From the human T2T-CHM13v2.0 reference genome, Homo sapiens, in NCBI RefSeq assembly GCF_009914755.1, contig NC_060939.1: 64,000 nucleotides of DNA; one strand, given 5' to 3'. The notes beneath the pieces were generated by a model, which searched no databases, had not been told where the DNA came from, and was given only the letters and a program-made list of their open reading frames with translations. The position numbers and the translations under genes were made by a program. Below, piece after piece: positions 46,300 through 59,812 of this stretch. The first letter of the stretch is position 1. Each line of letters opens with the position of its first letter.

Positions 46300-47280
46300 G
46301 GAGCCTTATAGAGGGAGTAAAATCCCACGTGCTGCGTGCTGCAGCAGCTGGAGGGTGGACCTGGGTCGACCTGGGGGGATGCTCAGCCCTGCGGGTCCGG
46401 GAGCGCGCAGAACAGCGGGGAGGGCTTCTCCCTCTTCTGGGTAGGGGCGCGCTAGGTGGAGCCCCACCTCCCCTCCGCGGAGACCCACCCTCCGAGCCGG
46501 GAGAGGCGTTGCGGGGGGGGGGGGGGGGGGGGGGGGCGTGTCCCCTGGCGCAGCGCGGCCAGCGCGCACGCGCAGCGGGCGGAAGGTGCCCGGGCCCACT
46601 TTGAGCGCGCGGCTGCGCACTGAGCCGCCGGCCCTCCCGGAAGCGCAGAGCTCCGCTGGTGCCACGTTTATCCCCTTACATCCTCCTAGGACCCGGTCGG
46701 TAGTCGTCGCCCCAGCCCGCCGGGGGCGCAGCGCCCGAGCCGCGGCCCTCGAGACGGGACCGAGAGCATCATGGGCAGCACTGTCCCGCGCTCCGCCTCC
46801 GTGCTGCTTCTGCTGCTGCTCCTGCGCCGGGCCGAGCAGCCCTGCGGGGCCGAGCTCACCTTCGAGCTGCCGGACAACGCCAAGCAGTGCTTCCACGAGG
46901 AGGTGGAGCAGGGCGTGAAGTTCTCCCTGGATTACCAGGTGAGGCCGGGCGCCCGGCAGCGCTCCCTTCTCCCTCCACTCCCAGGTCTCACCTGGACACT
47001 GGCTAGCCCCTGACTGGAGGCGCTCGAATTAGCCACAGGCTACAGGGAGGCTGCATGGGGTGGGAGTCCCCGGAGACCAGTTGACTTCCCCGTGAGGAGG
47101 AAGGTTTGGGTCATCAGGGCCCACCCGAGACGAGCCTGGCCAGCGAGGAGGTAGTCAGCGCCGCAGGTGCGAGCCCGGGATGGGGACGCCAGGGCGGATC
47201 CCGCAGCCTGGGGAGCTGGCCAAAGAGATATCCGCAGGCCCCCGAGACACTAACCAACGGCAGTTCTGATCGGCTGGACA
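46300..47280 (+). promoter_or_regulatory. TMED3 CpG-island promoter
   Basis: CpG-rich; NRF1 CGCGCACGCGCA 46563-46574, ETS CCGGAAG 46637-46643, GCCACGT 46661-46667, G24 tract. Confidence 0.85.
46771..46938 (+). CDS. TMED3: TMED3 (p24gamma4) coding exon 1: signal peptide and start of GOLD domain
   Basis: atcATGg Kozak; [18 protein letters not shown]...[16 protein letters not shown]...FSLDYQ; donor CAG|GTGAGG; 168 nt, phase 0. Confidence 0.96.
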
Positions 47281-49277
47281 CAGGCTCTCTAACCCCAGTC
47301 TCTTAGACCACCTTGTGCCTTCGAGTACTGAAAAATGGCAGCAAGAGGAAGTGGGCTCATAGTTTTAGTTTATTCCTCCCCTCTCCAGCGTTTAAAGTTG
47401 GAGTGAGGTGAGGGCAGCAGAAGTGAGAATGGGCACTTTGGAAAGGAGGGATCAGTGCAGCCATTGAGGCCTGGCGGTGTTTACAAGGAGCGGTGTGGCT
47501 GCAAGACTTGGCTCTTGCCATATGGCTTAGAAAAGCTCAGTTCCTGTATTCCTGTCTCCTTTGAGAGATCCCGTGGCCCACAGGTGACAGGAGCAGGTCT
47601 TGAGTGAGTAGTCTGCCCCGATATTTAGTGAGCAGGTCTAGGGTTGGGGGCCAAGTGGGCATCATACTCAGACAGCTATCTGCTTGTGGACGCATGCTGA
47701 TAGGCACTTCAGAAATGAGGGGCCACGGGCAGCAGGAATGGGGGCAAGCTATTTGACCAGTTCCTCTGTGGTTAGAGGCACTGAAGGAAGCTTGCGCTTG
47801 GAGACAACTTCTATGTGGTAGTCTCAGTCACTGATTTGTCCACTTTCAGGTCTTTGTGGACAACATGCAAATTGTGACTGGGTTAACATGGGCAACCTAG
47901 GTGCAATGACAAAAAGAATGATAATTCTGTGGTTGCAGGGACCTCAGATGTCATCTGGTCGCTGCCAGGGCGGAAATCCCTTGTCAAAGTGTGTCCAGCC
48001 TGGGTTTAAACACACTTAGCAACAGGATACTCACTGCTTTTTGCAAAGCTTGCTGAGCAGGACTAGTAACTTTTGTCCGGACAAAGAGGCCATTTAAATT
48101 TGGAAGCAGATGGAGGCCATTGACCGTGTCCTTTGATGGATCTTGGTTATAGCCATTGCCTACCTGTGAGATTTTGCTTTATGTGGGTCTTATTTTTCTT
48201 ATGTTACAAGGAGAGTTTGAACTAAATGATTCCCAAAGACTCTTCCACCGCTGACACTCAGAAATTCCATGAATACTTCGATCAATATTTTTCTTCTCCT
48301 TGCATTCAGTCATTAATAATATATTGTTAATAGCTACTTGACCCATTCAGCAAGCCAAGAATGACCCTTGCTGGTGGGGGGAGGGGGAACACCTGTCTGT
48401 TATTGGAACGGAGAAGCAGGAGGTGCAGCATGCATACTCTAGGGTGGCCCCCAAATCAGATCCCACATCTCCACTGCAACCCCAGGGGGTTAGTTTGCAG
48501 TCTGACGATTGTCCAGTAATTGGCTGGCACTTTTGGGGCCCTTGCTAAATTTATGTTGGACACCGTGCTAAACACTTTAGGTGTGATAACTTATTGACTC
48601 CTCACTTCATGGATAAAGACATATCCTCAGAGAATAAAGTAACTTGTCTAGGGTCACATGGCTAATGAGTGGCAGTGCCCTAAATCAGTGATTTGCTGTG
48701 TGTCTTGTGTTAAGTATTGAACAAAGATAAAGAATCGGTGGCATCTAGTTGCATTGGAATAGTTTCTTGGACATCCCTCCTCGTCTTGCTCTTGATTTCG
48801 GGAAGCTTTATCAGCACCATCTCAGGAAGAGCAGTTATCCTGGGGTATGTTCATTCATGCTTCAGAATAGTGCAATAGGTAAATGTTTAGGCACTGGAAC
48901 CAAAAGCTCTCAAGGCAGATCTCATCTCACCACTTTCTCTTGTGTAACCTTAGGGAATTTACTTAACCTTGGAACCTCAGTTTCTTCTTCTGTAAAATGG
49001 AAAGGATTAGGCTCATTGAAACCCTGCAGAGCAAACTTGGGAGTCAGGCAGGCATAGATTCAAATCTTAGCCCTTTCACTTTCAAGCAGTGTGACCACAG
49101 CCAATTTATTTAACCTTGCTCAGCCTCAGTAAAATGAGAAGTGGCGTAGCACCTGCCTTAGAAAGTTTTGAAGATGAAGTGACAGAAATGTTTGTAGAGT
49201 CTGATCACAGTGTCTGGTTGGCATTTGGTAAGTGGTGGTTGCTCCTTTGATAACAGCAATTTTTTTATGGTTGTCAG

Positions 49278-49526
49278 GTCATCACTGGAGGCCACTACGA
49301 TGTTGACTGCTATGTAGAGGACCCCCAGGGGAACACCATCTACAGAGAAACGAAGAAGCAGTACGACAGCTTCACGTACCGGGCTGAAGTCAAGGGCGTT
49401 TATCAGTTTTGCTTCAGTAATGAGTTTTCCACCTTCTCTCACAAGACCGTCTACTTTGACTTTCAAGTGGGCGATGAGCCTCCCATTCTCCCAGACATGG
49501 GGAACAGGGTCACAGCTCTCACCCAG
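49278..49526 (+). CDS. TMED3: TMED3 coding exon 2: GOLD domain
   Basis: Acceptor ttgtcag|, reads [11 protein letters not shown]...[23 protein letters not shown]...TALTQ, donor CAG|GTGAGT; 249 nt. Confidence 0.96.
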
Positions 49527-50721
49527 GTGAGTGAACATTAGCAGTTCGGGGCTGCTGAACCCCCTAGCGTGTTCCTCTTCATTGGCTTCTGTCTAGGCTG
49601 GTGGTGGGAGTCATCATCCATCCAGCTCCCAGTCTGGAAGTCTCAGGGTTGGTTTTGTCTCTTTCTTCATACCTAGTCCTAAAGGATGCCATGCTCTTCT
49701 TTCGATCTTCCTTTCCACTCTCTAACCAGGTCCCTGCAGTACTTTCCTCTGACATTCCTGTCTCTACTCTTTCATTCCCACTCAGTCTTTTGCACAGTAC
49801 CACTTTCGAAGTACCTGTGTCATGTGTCTCTGCTTATATGATGTGCCTGTATCATAAAGACCAAAGTCCTACTTTGTGTGGTGTATTAGTTAAGGTAACA
49901 CAAGGTGCTGTAACAAAATAAACACCAAACATCAATGGCTTAACAGAATAGAAGTTTATTCTCATGCATAATCTAGAAAAGGTTGGTGGGGAGCTTTCCT
50001 CCATGGTGTGACTCAGGAATCCAGGCTCATTCTTTCTTGTCATCTTTCTGTCTTCCCTTAGGGCTTCAGGGTCTTCTGCCTGTAGCTGCCAAAGGAAGAG
50101 AGAATGAGAAAAGCCCATCTACTTCTTAAAAGCCCAGGCCCAGTGGGAATACGTATCACCTGCTCATGTCCCATGGGTGAGAACTTAGTCATGTGGCAAA
50201 GCTGGATGAAAGGAAGGCTGGCAAGTAGAGCCTTAGCAACAGCTCCACACTATGGAGGAGAAACGGTGACATTTTGGGGGGATAGTCATGTCTGTCGCCC
50301 ATGGCTGTCAAGGTTCATTATTCTCTGATCCCATCCTCCTTCGTCTGTCTTCCCTTCTGCTATTTAAGCTCCTCCTTCCCTTTCATATGCAGGCTGGGGG
50401 CTTCCTGAGGGCTAGGACCCTGAATGATTTACTTTTGTATCCTCAGTGCTTCAGTGCATAAGGTAGGGCACAGGAAGGAGCTCACCAAATACTTGTGAAA
50501 TGACTGTCAGGGCCCAGGGAAACCTGTAAGACAGGAATAACCATCGATAGCAGCACGTGTGCCAGAACCAAAGCCACAGCGTCTTGAACTTTCAAGGAGG
50601 CCAGATGATCTTCTGGGCCGCCTTCCAAGGTGGCACCCTTCCTCTGTGGCTCTGGGCACACTCACGAGTGCCTGTGGATTCATTTGCCCAGTCTTCCACC
50701 TTCCCTAAGCAGTTGGAGGCT

Positions 50722-50880
50722 AGAGCTGCACTGTTCAGTACAGTAGCCAGTGTCTAAATTTGGCTATTTAAATTAATTAAAATTAAATTAAAAATTCACT
50801 TCCTCATCTGCACCATAGCAATACTCCAGGTACTCAATAGTCACAGGTGGCTAGTGGCCATGCATAGAAAGTTCCATTGT
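50722..50880. mobile_element. MER3 hAT-Charlie element
   Basis: agagctgcactgttcagtacagtagcca...attaaaattaaattaaaaattca...gtggctagtggc. Confidence 0.7.
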
Positions 50881-53800
50881 CCAAAACTGGGTTTGATCTT
50901 TGGGCTTTTGGCAACATGACTTCTGTTAGAAGATCCAGCCGAGGGTGTGTATTGTGTGTAAGATCTTTTGCAACCGATACTCATGAGAGTTCTGTTGGCC
51001 ACTGTTGAGACAGCCTCTATTGGGAAGATTCTGTAAGTCTCCAAAAGCTGAGCTGAAGAACTTCCCCCTTAACCAGTAGAAAACAAATTGGTAGGAAAAG
51101 CCTTAAAGAATTAGGTCAACAGAGACATTCTTTCCTGGAGCCTGAGCAGTAGTTTGATTTTGTTGCAGGAAAGAGTGATTTATGCTTCCCTTTTCTTATA
51201 TCTTAGAACCTCTTCTTTGCTCCTGCTTAGCCTCAAAAGAGCCGTTTCCTTCCACTTCTCTTACCCCGCCACCTTGAACCATCTGTGCCTGCCTTTGAGA
51301 GTACTTGCTTTTATGCCAGAATTCACTCAGTCTACACATTGTGCCAGCAGTGGATGGCTCTGTGCCTGGTACTGGGCACCCTGCAAGGAGCGCAGCCCTG
51401 CAAGCCAGTTGGCTATGGGGCACTGTGGTCAGAGCTATAATTGAAGCGCCAGGAGTCTTGAGGAGGCACTGATGAATTCTTCCAGGAGTCAGGAAGGCTT
51501 CACTTGAAAATGTAGAAGCTTGGCCTTCTAGGTGAAGAGAACAGGTGAGATTTATGGAGTGTAACTTTCATTCTTCTCGCCAGCGCTTTTTATCTTGCTT
51601 GGCATGGGTCCCCCTTTACCCAGCAGCTGCTGTCTCGCCTCTCCCCAGACTTCTTGCAGCACAGTGGTGAGCCAGAGGCCATGGTTTCTGGCAAGAAAGT
51701 AAGTATTAGGTGAAAGAACAGGTTCCATAGTGACCAGGGCCCAGGCCAGGGATTCAGGTCCAAAGGACTTGTTTCAGGCCGGAGTTCAGGAAAACCAGGC
51801 TCCTAGGAGAGGACCTGGGCCAGGAGAATGCGACTTCAGGAAAGCCAAGCTCGAGGGGCTTCCAGGCTTCCTGAGAATCTGGGAAGATCCTGGTCAGAGC
51901 TGAAGGTTTCTGACAGAGGTCAAAGGCCAAGAGCTACCTCCCTGGTGATCTAGGAAGGATTAAAGGTTTTCTTAAGTGCTCTGAGGCCAGCTTCTACTTC
52001 CCTGTCTTTGAGTTCTTGAAGAATTTGAAGAAGCAGATACTTGGGTCAGGGGAGGCCTGATGAGGTGAGGGCTGCAGGAATTTGTCAGTGGTTACAGACT
52101 GAAGACCTCGGCATCCGCTGGTGGCTGGGACAGGATGGGATGTCAGCGTGGAGATGGAGGAAAGGGATGGTGCCAGAGGTGGGATGGGTCAGGGTGTCCT
52201 AGAGACCGACAGTCACCATGAAGTGGCAACTATAATCCCTGTGAGGCTCCAGGACACTGGAAGCCAGCCAGGACTGGTGGTCTTAGCAGGGCGGAAGGTC
52301 ACACACGAGGAGACCTGGGGACTCGTGGCCTGGAAAAACAGGACCCTGAAAACAGAGGGGTTCTGTTGGTTTTCTGCTGGGTGGGAAGCTGGCTGAGGGA
52401 CTGCCTAACTGAAATTTTGTGGTAACAGGCTGAACAGGTTTGCTTTAGATGAGCACTAACTGAAGATCTCAGCGGATGGGGAAGTAGCATGTTTTTGTGG
52501 TGAGGGTGAGCATCCAGGTAGCTGTGATTCTTGGGGATGATTCTCGGGGATGTATTGCTCTGGGGTCTCTTGCAGCGTCTGTGCAAGGTCCTGAAGGCGT
52601 CTGCAGGTGTTAGTTGCCAAGAAAGCTGTAGAGTATCACCTGTTGCTCCGTTACCCTCTTGGAACTGGTCCCTTTGCTATCACTGATCTGATCTGAGATT
52701 GTTCCTTTAAAGGCCACGAGGCCTCTTCATGCAGTCTCCGTGCCGGTTTCTGGCCTGTGTCGCTGGATCTAGGCCTTTAAAGTGATGCTTCACATAAATA
52801 TCTGACTCATCCTCTGTCTTGGTGTCTACACCTGTGATTTCTGTGTCCTCCCTCTTCTTTTTCCCTTCCTCCTTCCTCTCCAGTGACTCTGGGTCCTGGG
52901 AGAAGGCTGGAGATGCTGACCAGTACTGCTGAATTCCCAGGCCAGGGCCTACGGTCCAAGGAGTCCCCAGTCAAGTGAGTCTAGTTGTACACTTTGTTTC
53001 TGAATGAGTTTGTGACACATAAACTTGGAGAATGGAATTATAGCCTGGAAAATCAAATGAGCCCTTCCACAGTGTTCTCTGCGGATTTGTACATACAAAC
53101 ATGTATGCATATGTGTACATATGAATACATATGTGTGTGTGTGCCACACATACATATACACATATACTACCTATGACCATGATACATACATGTATACACT
53201 TATGTGTGTGTCTCCATCCCTCCCACTGATTTCAAGAATGATCCACTTTGTTATGAAGTCCTGTGATTTCAGTGCCATCAATTTCCCTCCAGTCCACTCT
53301 TCCCTGACATGGCGACCTTCTTAACCGAGGCCTGCATCTTCTCTTCCCAGTAGAATTGCAGCCACCTAAGTGGTTTCCCTGCCTCTAAACTGGTTCGCAT
53401 ACATCCCTTTCTGCATCATAGCTGCCAGAGGCAGATTCTCGTAAAGTGGGATTCCGATCTTGCCAATCTTCTGCTCACAGAGCCACACGATAAAGTCTTG
53501 GACCTCGAGGCCCTTTACTGTGAGCTTCCACCTCCCCACAGCTGCTTCTCCACGCATCCCCATCACCATGTCAGTCCCTGATCCCAGACCAGGCCCTGTA
53601 CAGTTCTTTGCCTGTGCTTCTGCTGCTTGGGATGTGTTCTCAGCCTGGTGACGTCCTGCCCATCCATCAGGGCTCAGCTTGTCGTGTCCCATGTCAAGTA
53701 CTCCATCTTCTCTGGCAGGCTCAGCATCTTTCTCCTGGGTGTTCCTGCCGCTCTGCATACCCTTCTGTTGTTGGCTGTTTATACTGCATTCTAGTTGAGT

Positions 53801-55026
53801 AATTTTTTCTTTAAATTGGGAACTTTCTGAGACCCAGGACTGTGTCTGGCTCTGATTCTTAATTCCCTGGGCCTAGCACAGTGCCTGGAAGGAAAGTAAG
53901 CATTGAGTAAATGTTTGAATGAAGGAATTAGTGGAAGTGTGAGCTATTCAAACTCAGCCATGATTTGAAATCCTTGTAACCTCATCCTACAAGTGTCTAT
54001 CCTGAGTCCCCCAGCCCCACCTTCAATCCTTTGTGATTTTCCAGGGATCACCAGGGTGATGTAAATACAGAACGGATTTGTGTTACCAAGTCTGCCTGTA
54101 TAGGTAGTGCCTGGCAGGGAGCACTAGGGAGGCTTCTAGAAATGGCATATCTTGAGTTAGCTTTGACACAGGTTCACATAGGTTAAGCCCGACTCCACAT
54201 TGACCTCTTTCCTGCTTCCTTCCCAGTTTAGTGTCCTGTTCCATCTGTGACAGCTGACATGCTTTAGTGAGCTTTGGAAGCATTCCCCGGAGAGCTAGGA
54301 GGAGCAACCACAAATGCGACCATTGTCCCCAGTGCAGAGGCCTACACCTGAGCTTTCTTTTCTGGTGGTTGGCCTTTGAAGCCAGTTGGCTTTGGAAGTT
54401 CCCTTTGGAGTCAACTTCCTGATGTCTGGAACCCTTCTTAGGATCATTTGTTCCTTTTTCAATATCAAATGTCTGCAGGTATAGCCCACCTACCAAATGC
54501 AGGGAAGTGAAGAAGTCCAATGCCGACTACACTCCAGTTGTGAAAGATGATATGTAGCCCAAAATAATAGAGGATAGAGGATGTCACTGAGAAAACAGGA
54601 CAGAGGTACTCATGGGGGACAAATAGGCTTGTTCTTCACTTGCTATTGCTCCTTGAGCTGGTGTACCCAGTCTAACTCTATCAGTTCCATCTGATACACA
54701 GTGATCATGCCACCTTTCTACGTGTGACATTTCACCACTTCTTACACATGGACCTGGATGAGAGGGCCAGCCACTGTGTGCAGGAGAGTCCCATAGCCTT
54801 GGGAGGTAGACCTGTTGCCAGAAAGAGGGAAGCTGCTGCCCTGTAATGCAGAGGCAGAAGGGAAGCTTTTGTTCTTCCTTACATAGTCTAGTTCAGCTCC
54901 TAGAATGGCCCAGAATTAAGGATACCCAATGAGGCAAGTAAGGGTAACACCATTGTTTGGCAGTGGTTTCCTGTTTGTCTTCTGGAAGTGGTTTAATGTG
55001 AGAGAGAAACAAGGGTTTTGGGGAGG

Positions 55027-56018
55027 TGTAGGGTCCAGCCCCACAGGGTGGATGGGTTTTCTCCCTATGTGTGGAGACGAGAGATTGTAGAAATAAAGAC
55101 ATAAGACAAAGAGATTAAAAAGAAGACAGCTGGGCCCAGGGGACCACTACCACCAAGACGCAGAGACTGGTAGTGGCCCCGAATGCCAGGCTGCGCTGAT
55201 ACTTATTGGATACAAGACAAAGGGGCAGGCTAAGGAGTGTGAGCCATCTCCAATGATTGGTAAGGTCACGTGTCCGCTGGACAGGGGGCCCTTCCCTGCC
55301 TGGCAGCCAAGGCAGAGAGAGAGAGAGAAGAGAGAGAGACAGCTTATGCCATTATTTCTGCATATCAGAGACTTTTAGTACTTTCACTAATTTGCTACTG
55401 CTATCTAAAAGCCCAGGTACACAGGATGGAACATGAAAGAAGACTAGGAGTGTGACCACTGAAGCACAGCATCACAGGGAGACAGTTAGGTCCCCGGATA
55501 ACTGCGGGTGGGCCTGACTGATGTCAGGCCCTCCGCAAGAGGTGGAGGAGTAGAGTCTTCTCTGAACTCCACTGGGAAAAGGGAGACCCCCTTTCCCAGT
55601 CTGCTAAGTAGCGGGTGTTTTTCCTTGACACTGACGCTACCGCTAGACCACGGTCCACTTGGCAATGGGCGTCTTCCCAGACACTGGCATTACCGCTAGA
55701 CCAAGGAGCCCTCTGGCGGCCCTGTCCAGGCATAACAGAAGGCTCGCACTCTTGTCTTCTGGTCACTTCTCACTATGTCCCCTCAGCTCCTATCTCTGTG
55801 TGGCCTGGTTTTTCCTAGGTTATGATTGTAGAGCAAGGATTATTATAATATTGGAATAAAGAGTAATTGCCACAAACTAATGATTAATGATATTCATATA
55901 TAATCCTATCTATGATCTATATCTAGTATCACTATTCTTATTTTATATATTTTATTATACTGGAACAGCTCGTGCCCTCGGTCTCTTGCCTCGGCACCTG
56001 GGTGGCTTGCCGCCCACA
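55027..56018 (-). mobile_element. LTR13 (ERVK/HML-4 type) solo LTR in TMED3 intron 2
   Basis: ~990 bp; minus strand starts tgtgggcggcaagccacccagg and ends ggaccctaca; 6-bp TSD gggagg/ggaagg. Confidence 0.88.
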
Positions 56019-56243
56019 GGAAGGGAGGTCACAGAGTGACTTAGTCTTTTCTAGTTTATTGTACTGTACTTTACAAATAGTTTGCCTTTGGAGTTTGGGA
56101 ACTGAAGTGAGTGTCTGGTGCATGCTTTGTGAATTCCTCTAGCCTGAGAACTCACTGATAGGATAGGATTTTCTAGGTCTTGGATACATGGTGGTTTAGA
56201 GGCTGCCTCTGAATAAGAACTCAACGTTTTCCCACAGGCATAA

Positions 56244-56836
56244 TGTGTTGTCTATTGCTGAGTAACTAATTACTACAAACATAGTGTCTTAATGCAATAC
56301 TCACTTATTACCGCACAGCTCTGTATGCTGTGAGCCTGGGCAGGTTGGCCAGATTCTTTGGGGTCTCCCAAGCCTGATGTCGAGGTGGTGGCAGGTTGGG
56401 CTCCTACCTGGAAGCTCTGGGGAAGGATCTGCTTTCATGCTCATTCAGGTTGTTGGTGGAGTTCAGTTCTTTGTGGTTGTAGGACTGAGGTCCCCATTTC
56501 CTTGCTGACTGTTGTACCCTCAACGCCTGGAGGCCTTTTTCTGGTCCTGGCAAGTGGTCACCTCCACCTTCAAAGCCAGCGTGGCACATTGAATTTTTCT
56601 CATGCTTCAGAACTGTCTTGACTTCTTCTGCAACTAGCTGGAGAAAGCTCCTGGCGTCTGAGGGCTCCTGTGATGGGATCAGGCCTGAATAACCTCCCCA
56701 TCTTCAGGTCAGCTGTGTCATATTAACGTGATGCAGTCACAGAGGTGACAGCTCATCATATTCACAGCTTTCTGGAATTAGGGCGGGGGACCTTGGTGGT
56801 GGTGGGAAGGACATTTTCAGACTTCTGCCTACCACA
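56244..56836 (-). mobile_element. MLT1 MaLR LTR
   Basis: ctattgctgagtaactaattac...ggaagctctggggaagga...ttctgcctaccaca. Confidence 0.7.
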
Positions 56837-57499
56837 CTGAATATTTTTGCAGGTAAAGAAAGTTATGATGTAGTATGTGTTACACATGAGCGTATGTGTC
56901 TATGTAGTGCCTGTTTATATATATGTGTCTTTGCATGTGTGTGCATGTGCTTACATACATGAAGCGTGTGTCTTCATGTGTTTGTGTTTATACATAAAAC
57001 TATAGGCAGCAATTACATAATAGAATGAGCATGAGCAGTGGATTCAGAGTCCAAACACAACTGTGGTCTAGTTCACACTTTGCTGTTTATTAGTTGTATG
57101 ACTTTGGGCAATTCGTGTAGCCTCTTGGAGCCTCAGTTTCCTCATCTGTGTGTGGGATAAGCCCTCGTTAACAGTGAGGGTAATGATCCGTGCCTATCAG
57201 GAGTATTGTAAGGATTGAATAAGAGAGTATAGGGCAGTGCTTGAAAGCATAGGCTCAGGACTCAGACTCTAACTCAGCCACATACTAACTGTGTGACTCT
57301 GGGCAAGTTACTTAACCTCTCTGAGCTTCAATTAGGCTTGTTGTGAGGATTAAATAAAACCACGTAAAACCCTTAGCACAGACTCATAGTTAGCATTCAG
57401 TGGGTATCACCTAGGATGTTGACAACAGCATTTGCTGTTTGCTGGATCCCACATTTGTCTATGGGTTAGCAGTGTGACTGCTTTTCTCTTCCTGCCCAG

Positions 57500-57736
57500 A
57501 TGGAGTCCGCCTGCGTGACCATCCATGAGGCTCTGAAAACGGTGATTGACTCCCAGACGCATTACCGGCTGCGGGAGGCCCAGGACCGGGCCCGAGCGGA
57601 AGACCTTAATAGCCGAGTCTCTTACTGGTCTGTTGGCGAGACGATTGCCCTGTTCGTGGTCAGCTTCAGTCAGGTGCTACTGTTGAAAAGCTTCTTCACA
57701 GAAAAACGACCCATCAGCAGGGCAGTCCACTCCTAG
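57500..57736 (+). CDS. TMED3: TMED3 coding exon 3: coiled coil, TM helix, FF-containing cytosolic tail
   Basis: Acceptor cttttctcttcctgcccag|; [12 protein letters not shown]...[40 protein letters not shown]; exons sum to 56+83+78 = 217 aa. Confidence 0.96.
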
Positions 57737-58339
57737 CCCCGGCATCCTGCTCTAGGGCCCCTCATGCCCCAGGCTGGAGCAGCTCTCCTAGGTCACAGCC
57801 TGCTGGGCTGGGTCGCGTAGCCCAGGGTGGAGGCAGAACGATGCTGCTGTGGTAGCCCTTTGCCTTTCATGCCCATGCTTGATTCTTGCACCTCAGCAGC
57901 TGAAGGTCTCAGAGACCAGTAATCAGAAGGCATCCGACTGCATTAAGTGTGCAGCGCTGAAAAGACATTTACAACTAGGCCAGGGATTAGCCACTGTGGG
58001 AGGGTGGACAGGCAATGGTTCAGTGGCCTGGCTGTTGGCAGGAACTCCAAGTGCCCAGGCCTCTTGGGCAGCTTAGGGCCCTGCCTCTGTTTCATGATGC
58101 ATGGGTCATTTGTCTTGGGTGTCCTATCCCATATGGAGAAGAAAGGGGCTCTAAGTTCTGGCTCTTCTTTCTTTGGGGTTCTCTGTACCTGAGGAAACCA
58201 GGCCCTGGGTGACTTTGCAGATCTGCTCACCCTCGGTGAGCAACAGTGTCAGCCATGCAAGCAGGACAGAATGGTGACTGGGTGCCCTTGGTGAGCTGTG
58301 TATTTCCTAGGAGGTAGAAAACTGTGGGAAACTGTGGCT

Positions 58340-58345
58340 AATAAA
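58340..58345 (+). terminator. TMED3 poly(A) signal
   Basis: AATAAA ~600 nt after the stop, with GT/T-rich downstream element (ttgtgcctttatttcttt). Confidence 0.8.
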
Positions 58346-59492
58346 AACTAAGTGTGAGCGTCCTGGAGACTTGTGCCTTTATTTCTTTGCCCTAAAGGAC
58401 TCCAGAGCTTACTGCAGAGCATGGGTGTGTGCATAAATAATTAGAATGTGACATAGAGTACCTAGAGAGGTGCATGGGGTGCTGTGCAGAGATGTATAGA
58501 GTGGGCAAGAAATGACTCCTCCCAGGTGACTGAAAACAAAATAGGAAGTCTCCTCGCATGCTCACACCATGTTGTACAACGGAACTTTGCAAATGCTGTT
58601 TCCTCTGATAATACCTTCTCCCGGATATCTGCATGCCCTGCTCCATCATTTCCTTCTGACCCAAAGGCACATTATCAGTGAAGTCCCTCCCAACCACTCT
58701 TCAAGATGGTACTGTCTCACTTGCCCTTAGTCCTCCTTGCCCATTAGTAAGAAATGAATGCATACCAATCAGATGTCTGTGCAGTAGGTCTGGAGGGAAG
58801 ATACAGTGTCTCCGCTGAAGGAAACCTATCAAATCTGAAATCCTGCACCGTCTGACAGGCGTTAATGCATTGTAGGAAAGGAAGCGAAATAATCTCTTTA
58901 AAAGGATACCCCATAAGCCTCACTTATTTAGCTTGATTGAAGGATAAATGTTGCTTATCTTTCATATGTTTTTGCTATTTCTTTTCTCTTATTTTAGAAT
59001 TAAGTACTGGGTATATATAAAAGGTTACTTATGAAATATGTCTAAGGTGAAATATGTCTAAAGTGAAAAACAATACAAAAATCCTATGCTCCTGCTACCT
59101 AGATTAAGCACTGCAACATGACCCATTGCTTCTGGAATGTTCTCTACCTGCCCTTCTCCTTCACCCTCTGAGGGAACCACCAGCCTGAATGTAATGCTTA
59201 TCAAGCACTGAGAAAGGAGTTTAAAGAATTGAAGGACACAGCTTTACTAAAACTCACGTTGTCTTCCACTTTTTTATGGAAACTAGGTTCTTTCAACCTT
59301 AAAAAAAATAGGATTGCTGGTGATACCTGTTTTATTTATATAACCTTGTAATCATTTATCCATAAATATGTAGATTCATTGAGGGGGCAAAAACCCTGCC
59401 CCACTGGCTGATTTAGGAAATAATGTTGGCAATAAAATGTACTGCTTATGCAGTGTTTATGTTTTGATCAATTAGGTACTAATAACAGTTGA

Positions 59493-59812
<320 letters not shown>

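Noticed and set aside
46306-46918. 196-aa minus and 126-aa plus ORFs over the TMED3 promoter
   Set aside because: Non-ATG or shadow ORFs expected in GC-rich CpG islands; low complexity, no domain.
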